In this document: piece after piece, positions 24,162-36,434 of the stretch | Position numbering within the stretch: position 1 is the stretch's first letter | Layout: every line of letters starts with the position of its first letter | Assembly: GCA_013239625.1 (NCBI GenBank) | Contig: MU053504.1 | Span: forward strand, 250,001 to 314,000 | Length of the DNA stretch: 64,000 nt | Origin: Lama guanicoe | Lineage: Eukaryota | Reading direction: 5' to 3' | Translations under genes and position numbers: made by a program | The notes under the pieces: generated by a model | Told to the model about the DNA's origin: nothing | The model's input: only the letters and a program-made list of their open reading frames with translations | Database searches by the model: none

Positions 24162-27100
24162 CAAACCCCCAAGCTGCCCGCTTTGGAAAACCAAAGACAA
24201 CTGAACTCTCTCTTCCTGTCTCTGTCTCTCCTCTCTCTCTCTCTAACCTAACCCCCACCAGGCTGGGATCTCAAATTTCAGCCCCTCATGCCTTCCCCTT
24301 CTCTCCCCCCTCCACCTTCCCCTCTCTGATTCCATGTTAGCCTTGGAAACCGAGAGAGAGAACAAGAGAGAGCAAGCGAGAGCAGAGTGACCCTAGAGAG
24401 AGCAAAGGGGAGGGGGCAGAGGGCTGAGGCTGGGGAGGAGGCAGCCAGTCCAATCTGTTTGTAGAGACAGAAAATCCTTGCAAAGCCAGGGAAGCGGGCG
24501 CCTTGGCTAGGAGCTGGCTCCCATCCTCCCTTCTCCCTCAGGGCCTGGAGGGCCATTGAGCCCTGGGGTGTCCCTGGCTCCGTTGCTGTGACAGTCATGA
24601 GAGATTGTCTCATCTTAGGACACATTGATCTGGGACCACCTCTGGCTGGAGTTGGGAGGTGAAAAGTGGACAGAAGAGCTTGGGGTGCAGCAGTGTCTCA
24701 ACCAGCCCCCCGAGTTAGAGGCAGCTGGTTTTAAATCCCCTTCCCCAGCTGCTGGGACCTGAGACCCCAGGTAGGCAGCCTCACCTCTCTCAGCCTCCCC
24801 ATCCTAAAGTTTAAGCCAGGTAAACCCCATTTCTTGCATGAGGAATGTATGTGGGTTCTCTGCAGGAGGACTGAGGGCTTTTTGATTTCCTTGTTTACCT
24901 GTTTACTCATGTAAATCCTGACTTATGACTTACCAGCTGTGTGACTTTGGGCAAGTTGCTTAACATCCCTGTGCCTCCATTTCCTCTTGGTGAACTGAGA
25001 GAAATAATACAAAAAACTATGTGAGATAGAGCAGGGCTGGCACCAGATGATCACTAAATAAATGTTTTTTTGTTCTTGTTGTCAGTGTCATAGTTATTAT
25101 GTATCTCCCCTCCCCCAAGCTGCTGGGATGTAAACCCCAGGAGGGCAAGGATTCGTCCTTGGGAACCCTGTTGCTGGGCAGAAGGTGCCCAGGAGTTGGT
25201 TGGCCCTCGGCTGGGCGGGCAGTCTTCTGGGTTTCTCTGATTATTTTCCCAGACTGGGTGCCTATCCGGCTATTTGGTATTGTTTCTTTTTTTTCCCTTT
25301 GTTTTCCCAAATCCTGACAGAGTTGTGAACTGGGCAATCTGGTTGGGACAGCACAAGCTGGGGGTTCATCCGGAGGACTGAGAACATGAAACCAGGTGTG
25401 TGAGGCTTTGGCAGGAAAAGGAAAGGCAGCTGGGCATCAGCCACCAGCATTCTCTGAGCTTCCCACGGGCGCCGAGCCCTGCTCGCCCATCTCTGCCTCC
25501 ATGACTGTAATGGGGTCATACCGCTGCCGACCTTGTGAGGAAGAGCGTGTTAATGCAGATCATGAGTTTTTCACAGTGCCTGGCACAGATGGGCCCAGAG
25601 TAAAGGCGACTCTTGTTAGGATTGTGTTGGTTGAACTTCGTGATAATCTCAATGAGGCCAGCATTATTATTCACCCCATTCTATAGAGGAGAAAACTGAA
25701 ACCCAGAGAAGGAGAGTGATTTGCCTAAAGTCACACAGCCTGGGGGTGCTTGACCGGGAACTGGGGGAGGAGGGCAGGCTCAACAGCGAGGCTGGCCCCT
25801 GACCCCATCCCACTTCCTCCTACTTACCCCTCAAGGCAGTGCATGAGGACGCCTTCTCCCCCATACCCACCAGCCTCAGTCACCCCATCTGAGCACTAGA
25901 AGGTGCATTAATACCTCCTTGTGGAAGCTCCCAGCATAGGCAATGTATTCAATCTTACTGAGTGAAAGAAAGAATGAATGTTAATCCCACCACCCCCAAC
26001 ACAGGCTTAATTAAATAGACAGTTTCCATAATTATGCTAATACAGAATGGCTCTCTGCACAGAAGAGGATTGTCTGTTCACAGGAGAAATGCAGGTAAAA
26101 TCAAAAGAAGAGTTTTGGAAAGCTTGGGAGATGGCCCTGCTAACCTCTGTACTTTTCATTTCAACACCTCCTTCTCACCTCAGGAACTCTGTATATGCTG
26201 CTTTCTCTGTCCAGAACACTGCTGTCCACCTGCCCTCACGTCCAGCTTTCAGCAATGTTCCAGTTACTGTGGCTGCCAGAAAATTACCCCAATACTTAGT
26301 GATTTAAAAAAAGTAACCATTTATTATCTCTCAGGGTTTCTGTGGGTCAGGAGTGGCTCAGCTAGACAGTCTGCTTTAGTTTCTCATGAGATCGAAGTCA
26401 GATGGTGGCTGAGCCAGGATCATCCTGAAAGCTTTTTCTCTCACCTGTCAGCACCTGGGCATCCTCCTCACTCCCCATGCTCGAGTCTCCAGCTTGGTGA
26501 CTTCAGGCAGCTGGACTTCTTACCTGGTCCCTCACAGCTACAAAGGCGCATGCCCGGAGAGCCAGGTGGAAGTTATGTGACCAAGCTTTGGAAGTCATTC
26601 AGTGGAACCTCTACCGTATTCTATTGGCTGGTGTTTGCCTGGGTTCAAAGCAGGAACCTAGACCCTACCTCTCGATGTAGGTGTGTCACTGTCACCAGAG
26701 GAGCATACAGGATGGGGGGTGGGGGGTAACATGGATGTAGCCGTCTCTGAGAAATGCTCCAGGCAGGGGAACTGATATATGCTCACATAGACCCCTCAGC
26801 CCTGATCATGTCTTAAACCAGAACCTCCCCTTTTGGAGCCCTCTCCCTTTGTCTTAACCCTTCTCAAGGTGCAAAGAGGTTAATTACTTGTGTAATTATT
26901 CATCTCTCTCTGTTTATCCCCAGCATTTGATATATAGTATGTTCTCAGTAGATAAATATCTGCCGAATGAATGAATGAAGGAGTGAATGCTTGAGCCAGG
27001 ATCTCCCTGTAAGGCTGATGAGGGGCAGGAGGCTGGAGCTCTGTGGAGCTGCCTTGGGGCTGCAGCATCAGGGCAAGATCCAGCTGAGACAGATGCTGGG

Positions 27101-27707
27101 AGACCTCGGGCAGCAGATCTGACTGCTTGGGGCGGAAGCTTTCTGCTCCTCAGTCAGAGAGCGCGAACAGATCTACCCACGTCTCCTGAGCTCTCACGCG
27201 GGGTGAGCCCCGGGGAAAGTTTACAAGCTGCCAGGCCACTGAGGATCTCTGAACATGGGGCCTCATGACCAGTGGTGGAGGTGGTTTGGGCATCAGTCTA
27301 GCCCAGAGGTGGAGGGCTTACAAAGCCACCTCTTGACCTTCAGGGAAAGGGAGCCAGCTGCTCCCATGAGAAGCAGCAGGTGCCCAGGTGGTAGCAGGGA
27401 GGAGGAGCTGGTGACTGAACCCGGAGAGGTAATTGGAAAGATGCCATCTGAGGTTAGTTAGCAAGCTCAGGGAGACTGAAGAAAGCACTGAACTCTGGAC
27501 CTGGAAGGGCCTTTGGTAACCGGCATGCTTTGCGCTGTGGACTCCTGACCCTGAAATCTGAGCACAAGACCCAGAACCATCTACCTTTTGGAAGTGACCT
27601 GCTAAGTCTCAAACAGAACTCCTCATCTTCTCCCCTGACTCCACCCCATATGAGCCTCTTCTGAATCGCCCAATCTTGACCAGGCACCTGGGCCAGAAAT
27701 CTGGAGG

Positions 27708-27885
27708 CAGGGCCGCCTTCATGGGTGTGTGGCCTCTGGAGTCACACAGGGCCAAGAGCTTAGAAGAGTCCCACCATCAGTTTAATGTTCTGCTGCCACT
27801 ATCTTGAGATTCTTAATAAGCTCTGAACAAAGGATCTAGCTCTTTCATCCTGCACTGGGCTCCTCAAATTGTGTAGCTGGTCTTG
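27708..27885 (+). mobile_element. MER45A-like (hAT-Tip100) MITE, 178 bp
   Basis: CAGGGCCGCCTTCATGGG...GTCACACAGGGCC...GTTTAATGTTCTGCTG...TGCACTGGGC...TGTAGCTGGTCTTG resembles the MER45A consensus end to end, from recall. Confidence 0.75.
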
Positions 27886-30514
27886 CCAGGGAGACACGAG
27901 CCCCCATCATCCCCCTCACCCCACCTGGGCCCTGCCAGCCAATCGGACCTATTCTGCCAACATGACCCTTTAAATAGGTCTCCCCTCTGCCCTTCTTGCT
28001 ATTCCGGGCATACGGGAGCCAACCTGCCTGCGCTGGAATTCTGACTTTCCCATCTCCCAGATGTATAGCCTAGGCCAATTTGCTTAACCTGTCTGTACCT
28101 CAGTTTCCTCTTCTGTCAAATACTTGATACTAGCAATTACCTAGTAGGGCTGTTCAAAGGATTAGAAAGCCGATCCCTGTAAAGAAGGGTTAGCACTGAG
28201 CCTCGCTTATACCAAATGCTCAGTAAGTGGCAGCCCAGTGATGCCATCATCCCCTCACTGTCACTGTCTTACCCTACAGTCTTCTTCTCTTCTTGAGGGG
28301 AGAGCAACATCTCAGAACCGAACTCCTGTTAATCCATCTTTGATGCTGCAGTCAGTGATTTTTCTGTGACACAAACCCAGCTCCTGACTCCTTTGCTTAG
28401 AACTCTTCCATTTTAAACTCCTAACTCTTGACATGGTCCATCATTCCCTGCGGGATTTGGCCTCTAGCCTCATCGCTCTTTCCCTGGGACTTGGTACCTT
28501 GTGACAGGGAATCGGTTTTACTTTCCAACACGCTCTCTGCTGACTCCAGCCTCAGGGACTTTGCTTTTGTAGTAACACCTGCTTGGACAATCCTCCACAC
28601 CTTTATTCAGTGGCTCCCTTCTACCTGTCTTTTGGGTCTCATCTTAGGCATCACCTTCTCGGGAAGCCTTCCTCATCTTCCTCCCTCCTTGGGTGGAAAC
28701 AGTCCCTCTTCCTCTGAGAACCTGAGGTCCCCTTCCTGTGTGTTCCCCATCAAAGTACTTACCCTGTATTATAAGACCTTGTTTGCAGGACTTCATCCCC
28801 TCTATAATCTGAAAACCCTTTCAGGGCACTGACCACACTTTTCATTTCTGTGTCTGTTGTCTATCCAAAGGTCATCTTCATAGTAGATTCTCAAGAGTGT
28901 TTGTTGAATGAATATTCTCCACTATAGGGTGGGGGCTTCGGCGGCCATCCCCAGGTGGAGACTAAGGACATCACCCTTCCCAGGGCCGGGGCAGCAGAAA
29001 GTTTCTTTTTGGGGCATTTCTAATGTCTTGCCTCCAAATACTTAAAACAACCCCTCCACTCCCGGTTTATTTTCCCTTTGCTGGCCTTTCGTTGCCATGG
29101 AGTCTGAGCAGGGAGAAAATACTTATACCCATCTGGAGAGTTTGGCTTTTTGCTCAAATGTCTTGAGCAAAAGGAGAACTTACTGGCCAATGCAACTGAA
29201 AAGTGTAGGTGTCTCTGGCTTCACTCATAGCTGGATCCAGATCCTCAAATGATATTAGGAATCTGGCTTTTTTTTTTCTTTTTCTCCAGCACTAGATCTT
29301 TGTTTTCCTCTGTTAGCTTCATCCTCTGACAGTTCCCACCACCATCACCTCTACCACTGGTGACAGCAGCCCTAACCTATCAACTTAGCAACCCCCCAGA
29401 AGTGGAGTGCTGCTTTCCTGATAACTCTTGGGTAATGTCTGGCTTGGGTCACGCGAACATTTTGAACCCACTATAATAGCCTGAAGATGAGTTACTCTAG
29501 TTGGTCAGCCTGGGCCACATGCCGAGGGGTCAATCTCATGGAACCCAAAGGGACTGAGTGAAGGGTAGGGTGGTTGTCAAGGAAACCTGGGGTAGAATGA
29601 TCAGAAGGGAGACGAATGCTGATGGGCGCAGAACACCTGCCCACTGCCTTCTCACCTGGCCCCTCACCAAGTGAACCAGCTCCCCCTTCTCCCCGCCCTG
29701 CCCCCAGCCAGTAGAGTCTTGGCATAACCAGGGATGCCTCATCCTCACTTTGCATTTAGCTCTTGAGGAAATATACCCAGAGAGGGAGGTGACTTGCCCC
29801 AGGTCACACCCTGGATTCGATTTTCCTGGAAGTATGGCTCATCCTGCCCGGGGAAACAGTGGGGAAAACAAGACCATTATTGGAAAGTCACTTGCTGATG
29901 TTGGATCCAAAGAAGAGGATTGACTCACGAGTCTGAGTCTGCCGCTCCTGGCCTCATCTCGACCATCCGGCACCTCCTCAGCCCTCCTTCCCTTTCAGCT
30001 TCCACCATGTCAACACCCAGGGTGATAACTGAGGGTTGCAAGCGGGCAGCTTGAAGCACCCCAAGCCTCCTGTTCTGTGCTTTTCACATCCTGAGGACAT
30101 GACCTGGCATCTCCTGGGGCCGCTGATGGCCACGTGGTGAGTCCAGGCAGAAGGTCTGGGGCTGCCAGCCACTCCAGGGATGGTCTGTCCTAGTCCCTGG
30201 GAGGCCCATGGGCCGATCTTGTGGAGCAGAAATCGTGGTGTCCCTGTGAGACTTTCCACTTAAGACAGCAGTCTGTCAACAGTTCCCTGCTTCTGCTTCC
30301 CGCCACCCAAACCCAGAGCCACGACACAGTTGATGGCTCAGATGGGCCCCGGGCTGGGTTTTGAGGTCACTCCTGTGACCCACACCTATTTTTAGAGCCC
30401 CCTCCTCCTGGCACTGAATCTTGATTCCATTATAGCAGGTGAGTCTTGGTTTCCTCATCTATAAAATGAGAGAACAGTCACTCATCAGCAAGATGTTGTG
30501 AGGGGGAGGGGACT

Positions 30515-31052
30515 TCTAGTTACCAGTGCTGTGTAATAAAGCACCCCAACGCTTAGTGTCAAAGCAATGACAACACCTATTGTATTCATAAACACGCAAT
30601 TTTGGCCAGGTTTAGTGGGGACGGTTCAGTGCAACTCCATTTGACATCAGCTGGGGCAGCTTGAAGGCTAGAGCCTGGAAGACTTTCCATCACCTGGAAA
30701 CTCATCCGTTCTCACATCCAAGCCCTCAGCTGGGGCTGTCAGCCCAGACCACTGTGTACGGCTTCCCCACAGGAGAGAGGCTCCTCACAGCGTAGTGGCT
30801 GAACATCAAGGGTGCGCATCTCAAGAGAATCAGGCAGAAGGCTTAAGACATTTTGTGACCTCACCTCATGAATCACAAAAGGCTATCATTGCTTCTCCAT
30901 TCTGTTCATGGAGGCAGGCACAAAGTCCTATCCAAGTTCAAGGGGGTGGGGGTGGGGGAACAGACTACCTCTTAATGGAGAGTGGCAAGGTTTTGGAAGA
31001 GCATGTGGGATGGGAGATGTTGTGGCCATTTTTGGAAAATATAATCTGCCAC
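30515..31052 (-). mobile_element. MaLR LTR (MLT1-like), antisense
   Basis: TGCTGTGTAATAAAGCACCCCAAC...CTTAGTG, TCAGCTGGGGC and ...AAAATATAATCTGCCACA end. Confidence 0.65.
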
Positions 31053-31729
31053 AGAAGGCCAGGATGAGAAAATGCCATTTAAGTATTTAGCCCATAAGGG
31101 CTTAAGAGTTAGTGGCTGTTATTACTACCACGGCTATTATGGGAAAGATATCCAGCATCTCTTTGCTTGAAAACGTCCTTTGGACCTTCTGAGCGCTAAA
31201 GGTACAGCAGGAAGTGGGATTATTTCTATCAGGGCTGCTGGAGAAATTGGCCCAGAAACACTCTGGGATTTGTCCAGAGTCACCCAGCATGTCAGCGTCC
31301 AGTCCAGCCCCAGCCAGATGGGCCCCAGACACAGCAGCCCCTGCTGTTAGTGACACTTGTCTTTCTCTCCCTCAGTGTACACCCTGGCCTCGGTTTCCCC
31401 TCTGAACAACTGCAGTGTCCGGGCTCTGCTGCCCCAGAGGTCAAGGGGACTGGGGTGGAGGACATGCACCCTCTCAGCTGTGCTGCTAGGCCCGGGCCAC
31501 CGGCCACGCCCGCGCTTTCTCAGGCCCGGGGAGCCCCGCTGCCTCCGAGCGCACGCCTGGCACTCACTCCAGGACGTGCAGAGTGAGCCTGCCAGGTCGG
31601 AGGGCAGATCTATTTTGGAACCTGGCACCCCACCGGAGGCCCCGGGGAGCCTGTGACCCAGAGAACCAACAGGCCCCTCTGTATTTTGTTTGTTTTTATT
31701 AAACAAGCACAGCATGTCCCTCATGGAGA

Positions 31730-32720
31730 AGTCAGAAAATACATATTAGCAAGAGGGAAGAAGTACAAGTTGCCTGTGCTCTCACCAGCAATAGGCAAAA
31801 ACGGCAGCTAACATTTTGGAGTATTTTTCCCCCAGTCATTTCTCTCTACATATAAACGCACATATTTTCGGGTGGTTTTATAGCAAAAAACAAAAAACAA
31901 ACAAAAAAAACCCCCCAAAAACCCCCAAGAAATCCCAAAGAAACATTTTCTAAGCCATTTTTAATTTTCGTTTACTTTTGTTGAATTTATTTCTTGGAAA
32001 AAGAAATTTATAAGATGTACAGGATAATTTAAAACAATCCCATATACTCATCACGTCAAACGGGCATCTGTCAACATTATGCAAATTTTCCCATTTTTTA
32101 TTTTTAATGAAATGAAATACTATTACAGGTCAAGTTGGCATCCCTTACCTCCTCCTCCCCAGGCTAGTTTTCTCCTCCTCCCTGCCCACAGATCCATATA
32201 TATGTAGCCATAAGTGGCATAGACTATTTTTGTGTTTTTAAAACTTAAATATATGCTCTTACGCTGTAAGCCATGTCCTGTGTGCGCACCATGTTTTCCA
32301 GATCTGTACAAATTACATATATAGCTCCTGTGACCTGGGTCATTTTCTTTTCACTGCTGTGCAGCATTGCAACATATAATTACACTATTCTTTATTTATT
32401 CAGCCTCCACGGGTGGACATTTGGGTTGATTCAATTCGTCCATAGTTCGTAACGAGGCTTCTGTGGCTGTCTTATACACTAATCCTGGTGCCCCTGGGCA
32501 AGAATTTCTCTAGGATATTAGTGGAGGGGTCCTCCTCCTGGGTCGTGGAGTATACATGTTGCCAGCCTGAGAAGATGTACAATTTGTGCTTCCAAGCGGC
32601 TTCACCGAGTTACCTCCCACCAGCAAGCATGAGAGTTTCCATCTCTCCGCGCTCCTGTCACCCTTTGGGATTGCCAGGCTTTACTTCTGTGGCAATCCCA
32701 CGGTTGTGACGTGGTGCATG
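31730..32720 (-). mobile_element. Old L1 (L1ME-like) fragments, antisense
   Basis: GGACATTTGGGTTG, TCCCACCAGCAAGCATGAGAGTTTCC and T-rich L1 3' motifs. Confidence 0.6.
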
Positions 32721-32894
32721 TGATTTTATAGCCTGCTTTTCCTACTTAACCCTCTGTGTCTTATGAAGTGCCTTCCACAGCAGAAGATTCTTCTGTAGAA
32801 GAATCGGTAGCACATGTCTAATGGTGGCATAAACCCCCACTGAAGCAGCCAGTTTTCTTAATTCAGTCTCTGTCATTGGACAAGGGGCTCTGTT

Positions 32895-33390
32895 TGGTGG
32901 TAGACTGCAACACTGACCATGCACCCCTGCCCCTGTAAGCATGCGTCTTTGCACTATGACTTCACAGCTCCTCCCATTAAGAGGTGAAGTCTGTACCCCT
33001 CGAAGCTGGCTTTGGCCATGTGTCTTGCTTTGGCCAACTGGGTCCTGTCAAATGTGAGGGTCCTGAAGCTTGAAAGGGGCTGTGCCTTGAGCCTGTTCAC
33101 TCGCTCGCCTGGGACCCTAGGACCACCATGTGAGCAAGCCTCAGTTAGCCTGCTGGATGACGAGAGACACGTGGTCAAGTTGTCCTGTCACCTTCGCTGA
33201 CATTGAACCAACCCCCAGATGGTGAATAAGGCCATTTTTGATCACCTAGGCCAACTGAAGTCATCATAGACCACACAGCCCAGACCAGAAGAATTGTCCA
33301 GTTGACCCCCAGAAAGGCGGGAAATAGTAAATGTTTGCTGTGTTAAGCCACTGAATTTGGAAACAGTTTGTTAACTAGTAAGAGCTGATA
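32895..33390 (+). mobile_element. MaLR LTR (MLT1-like)
   Basis: CTCCTCCCATTAAGAGGTG, CTTGCTTTGGCCAA and TTAAGCCACTGAATTTGG...GCTGATACA. Confidence 0.7.
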
Positions 33391-34081
33391 CAGCTCAGTC
33401 AGGCCTTTCCTTTGCTCAGCTGGTTACTGGCTGTGTATCTTGGGCAAATTGCTGAGTCTTGGCTTCCTCCTCAGTAAAATAGGGGATATCTATCCCTCAA
33501 AGTCATTGTGAGGACTGAATGAGACGGCACATGTCAGGATCACCCAGCGAGGTCTCAGTACTCAGCAGGTCCTCTTTCATGTCCTGGTGGTGTCAGACAT
33601 GAGACTTTTCTCATTTCCCCTTGGTTCTACCTGCTGTGCCTCTTTATCCAAACTTACTCATCCTTCCAGGTTTTCGGGGGGGTGGTGGTATCAATATTTA
33701 AATGTAAAGGCAAGCATCAGAGATTAAGTCTTTACCATTCACTTAAGTGAACACCCCTACCGCTACAGTCCCAGGTCTCCTCTCCTTCCAGAACACTCCT
33801 TCTTGAAGTTAGGCATGGCCACATGACTTGCTTTGACCACCGAGTATGACGAAACTTTTAAGAATCATTGTGTGATTCTCTGTGCTTCTTTCCCTTACTG
33901 CAGAGAACTGGAAGCCTTGTGTTAAGACAGCAGCAGCATCAAATGATCAAAATTCTTGGTCCCAGTGAGGTTTCCATGAGCTTCCCTGATGATCCTCATT
34001 AGGGACAAGAAACACTGGAAAGAAAAAAAAATCTTTGTTGTACTGGGCTCTGTTGTTTGTTATGGAAGCATAACCTAACTA

Positions 34082-35126
34082 TTTGGGGCTGAACTGTATC
34101 CCTCAAAATATTTGTTGAAGTCCTAACCCCACTGGTACCTCAGAATGTGACCTTATTTGAAAAAAGTTTATTGCAGATGTAACTAGTTAAGATGAGGTCA
34201 TACTGGAGTAGGGTGGGCCCTTAATCCAATGTGCCTGCTGTCCTTATAGGAAGATGATGTGAAGATACTGTTACCAAATAGAACTCAGGTTTGCTCACCT
34301 TCAGGGAGCAAAGACAGTCACTTGACTGGGCTGTGGTGAAGAAAAGTACAGTGTTTATTGCAGGGTAACAAGCAAGGAGAATGGGCAGATCATGCTCAAA
34401 AGACCTGAACCCCTCAATGGCTTTCAGGGAAGGATTTTTAAAGACATTTAGGGTGAGGTTGCAGCTCATGGACTTTCTTCTGATTGGTTAATGGTGAACT
34501 AACAGGATGATGTTTGGGAATCTTAATCATCAATCTTCTGGTTCCAACCAACTTGGGGTCTTGTGCTTGTGGTCAGCATGTAGTCATCCTCCATCTGGGT
34601 GTGGGGTCTTCTGATTGTTACGTGTAGCCCTTGAGGAGGAACTAGGACTCTTTTATTGCTGAACTATTGTGTAAGCTAGCATTACTTTTCTTGCTCGACT
34701 ACTTTCCCTTTGTTTCTGCATTCCTTTACCTCCCTAATTAGTAACAGTTGAGTCTGTTCTTTGGAACTCAGGGAAGGCCTAGGAGATTAAAGCTTTTTTT
34801 TTTTCCTACAAACAAGAAATGGGGGACACAGAGGGGCTTTTGTAGCTGGGAACACCCTGCAGGGTCCTGCTCGATTTCAATACAAGGGCAGAACACCCGG
34901 TGAAGGTGGAGGCAGAGATTGGAGTAATGTAGCCGAGGAACTCCAAAAGTTGATGGCCATCACCAGACACCAGAGGCAAGGAAAGATCTACCCAGAGTCT
35001 CCGAGGGAACATGGCCTCACTGACATCTTGATTTCTGGCTTCCTGAGCTATGAGAGAATCAATTTCTGTTGTTTAAAGCCACCTGGTTTGCTGTACTTTG
35101 TTATGGTGGCCCCAAGAAACTAGTGC
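34082..35126 (+). mobile_element. MaLR LTR (MLT1B-like), interrupted by the ERV LTR
   Basis: Characteristic motifs GAATGTGACCTTATTTG, AGATGAGGTCATACTGGAGTAGGGTGGGCCCT, GAGGCAGAGATTGGAG and TTTCTGTTGTTTAAAGCCACC. Confidence 0.8.
34269..34879 (-). mobile_element. Solo ERV1-type LTR (611 bp) inserted into an MLT1 element
   Basis: TG...CA termini, perfect 4-bp TSD ATAC (34265-68 / 34880-83) and a minus-strand AATAAA near 34355. MLT1 sequence resumes on both sides. Confidence 0.85.
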
Positions 35127-35569
35127 AGGCCGACTCACCCTAGCTAATGCAGTAGTCAGTGAGGGCTCCCTCTTACAGTCATCACTGCGTCTATTAGTGA
35201 AACTTTCAGGTATATTGCTCTGTCCTCCATGTATAATATTCATTCACTCATTTTTATTATTTATTTTCTTGTTTATTTTATTTACTCTGTGCCCAGGACT
35301 TCTCTCTAGGCAATGGGGAAGCAGTGTGGACAAAATGACTCCTTCTCACAGAGCTGGCTGACTCTTGGGGTAGAGACCAAACATGGGTAGGTGGATGTGC
35401 GTGGGGTCTTGCAGGTCCAGCTTTGGGGGTTTAGAGGCCCTCTACCTGGATGACTCCTCCTCCAAAAAGAAAATAGGAAAATGTAGCAAGTTCATGGGAT
35501 GGAAAACCAAAGAGCTCTGCAAAGTGAGATTTGTTGGAAGGATTTATGATGTATTAAGTTAAAAAAAAC

Positions 35570-35900
35570 AACTTCAATCAAGATTTCTATGGATGCTAAA
35601 AGCATGAATCATAAAAGAAAAGACTGATACATTGAAGAGCACCAAAGTTAATTGCTTTTATTCTTCTGAGACACAATTAAAATGAAAAGGCAAGTCATAG
35701 ACTAGGAGAAAATATTTGCAAAACATACATCTGATGAATGATTTATATCCAGGGTATATAAAGAAATCTCAAAACTCAAGAATAAGACAAAAAACAATCC
35801 CCCCAAAATATGGGCCAAAGTTTCGAAAAAATTCTTAATGAAAGAAATACAGTGGCAAATAAGCACATGAAAAGGTATTCAGAATGGTCACTCATGAGGG
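35570..35900 (+). mobile_element. L1 ORF2 fragment
   Basis: GGAGAAAATATTTGCAAAACATACATCTGA and ATAAGCACATGAAAAG motifs. Confidence 0.75.
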
Positions 35901-35934
35901 AGCTGCCTTTCCTCACTTTCTCCTGCCTTGAACA

Positions 35935-36434
35935 TGTAAAAAATAAACAAGGGGTAGAGGGTATAGCTCAATGGTAGAGTGTGTGCCTAGCATGCTCAAG
36001 GTCCTGGGTTCAATCCCCAGTACCTCTATTAAATAAACAAACAAACCTAATCACTTGCCTCCCTCCACAAAAAAATTAAAAACAACTTCTTAAAAGATGT
36101 AAAAAATTAACAAGCAAATCTCAACAAAATAGAATTGGGAGACCAGTAGGGGGAGCTCTCATGTACTGTGATAGTAGAGCCCAACAGAAAGAAGAAAGAC
36201 CCCTCTTCCCTCCTGGCAAGAACTCAGCCAATAAAAAGCCACGGACTCTTTCTTTACTAGAGCCCTCCCAACTTCCTTCCTCCCTTTATCAAAGCATGCT
36301 CCTTCCCTTGCTGTGTGGGAACGTGCATGTGGCTCGCCATCGTTGTAGACCCCAAGTTGCAATTCTCTGCTGATCCTGAACAAACTCATCTTTTCTGGAG
36401 AAATATCTGGCAGTCTATTTACTTCAAGTCAACA
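35935..36434 (+). mobile_element. Solo ERV-type LTR, interrupted at its 5' end by the SINE
   Basis: TGTAAA...CAACA termini and an LTR-like body (CCAAT, TCTCTGCTGATCCTGAACAAAC). Imperfect 4-bp flank aaca/gaca. MLT-like sequence on both sides. Confidence 0.6.
35951..36096 (+). mobile_element. tRNA-derived SINE (Vic-1-like, camelid), full length with TSD
   Basis: A-box TAGCTCAATGGTAGAG and B-box GGTTCAATCCC, followed by an AAACAAAC...CCTAATCAC...CTCCC body and an A-rich tail. Flanked by a 17-nt TSD atgtaaaaaat(a/t)aacaa at 35934-35950 and 36097-36113 with 1 mismatch. Confidence 0.85.

Noticed and set aside
26034..26729. 231-aa plus-strand ORF
   Set aside because: It runs through L2- and MLT-like repeat relics with no protein-like features.
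35951..36025. tRNA-like sequence with A and B boxes
   Set aside because: It continues into a SINE body and A-tail with a TSD, and a second copy occurs at ~16410, so it is a SINE and not a tRNA gene.
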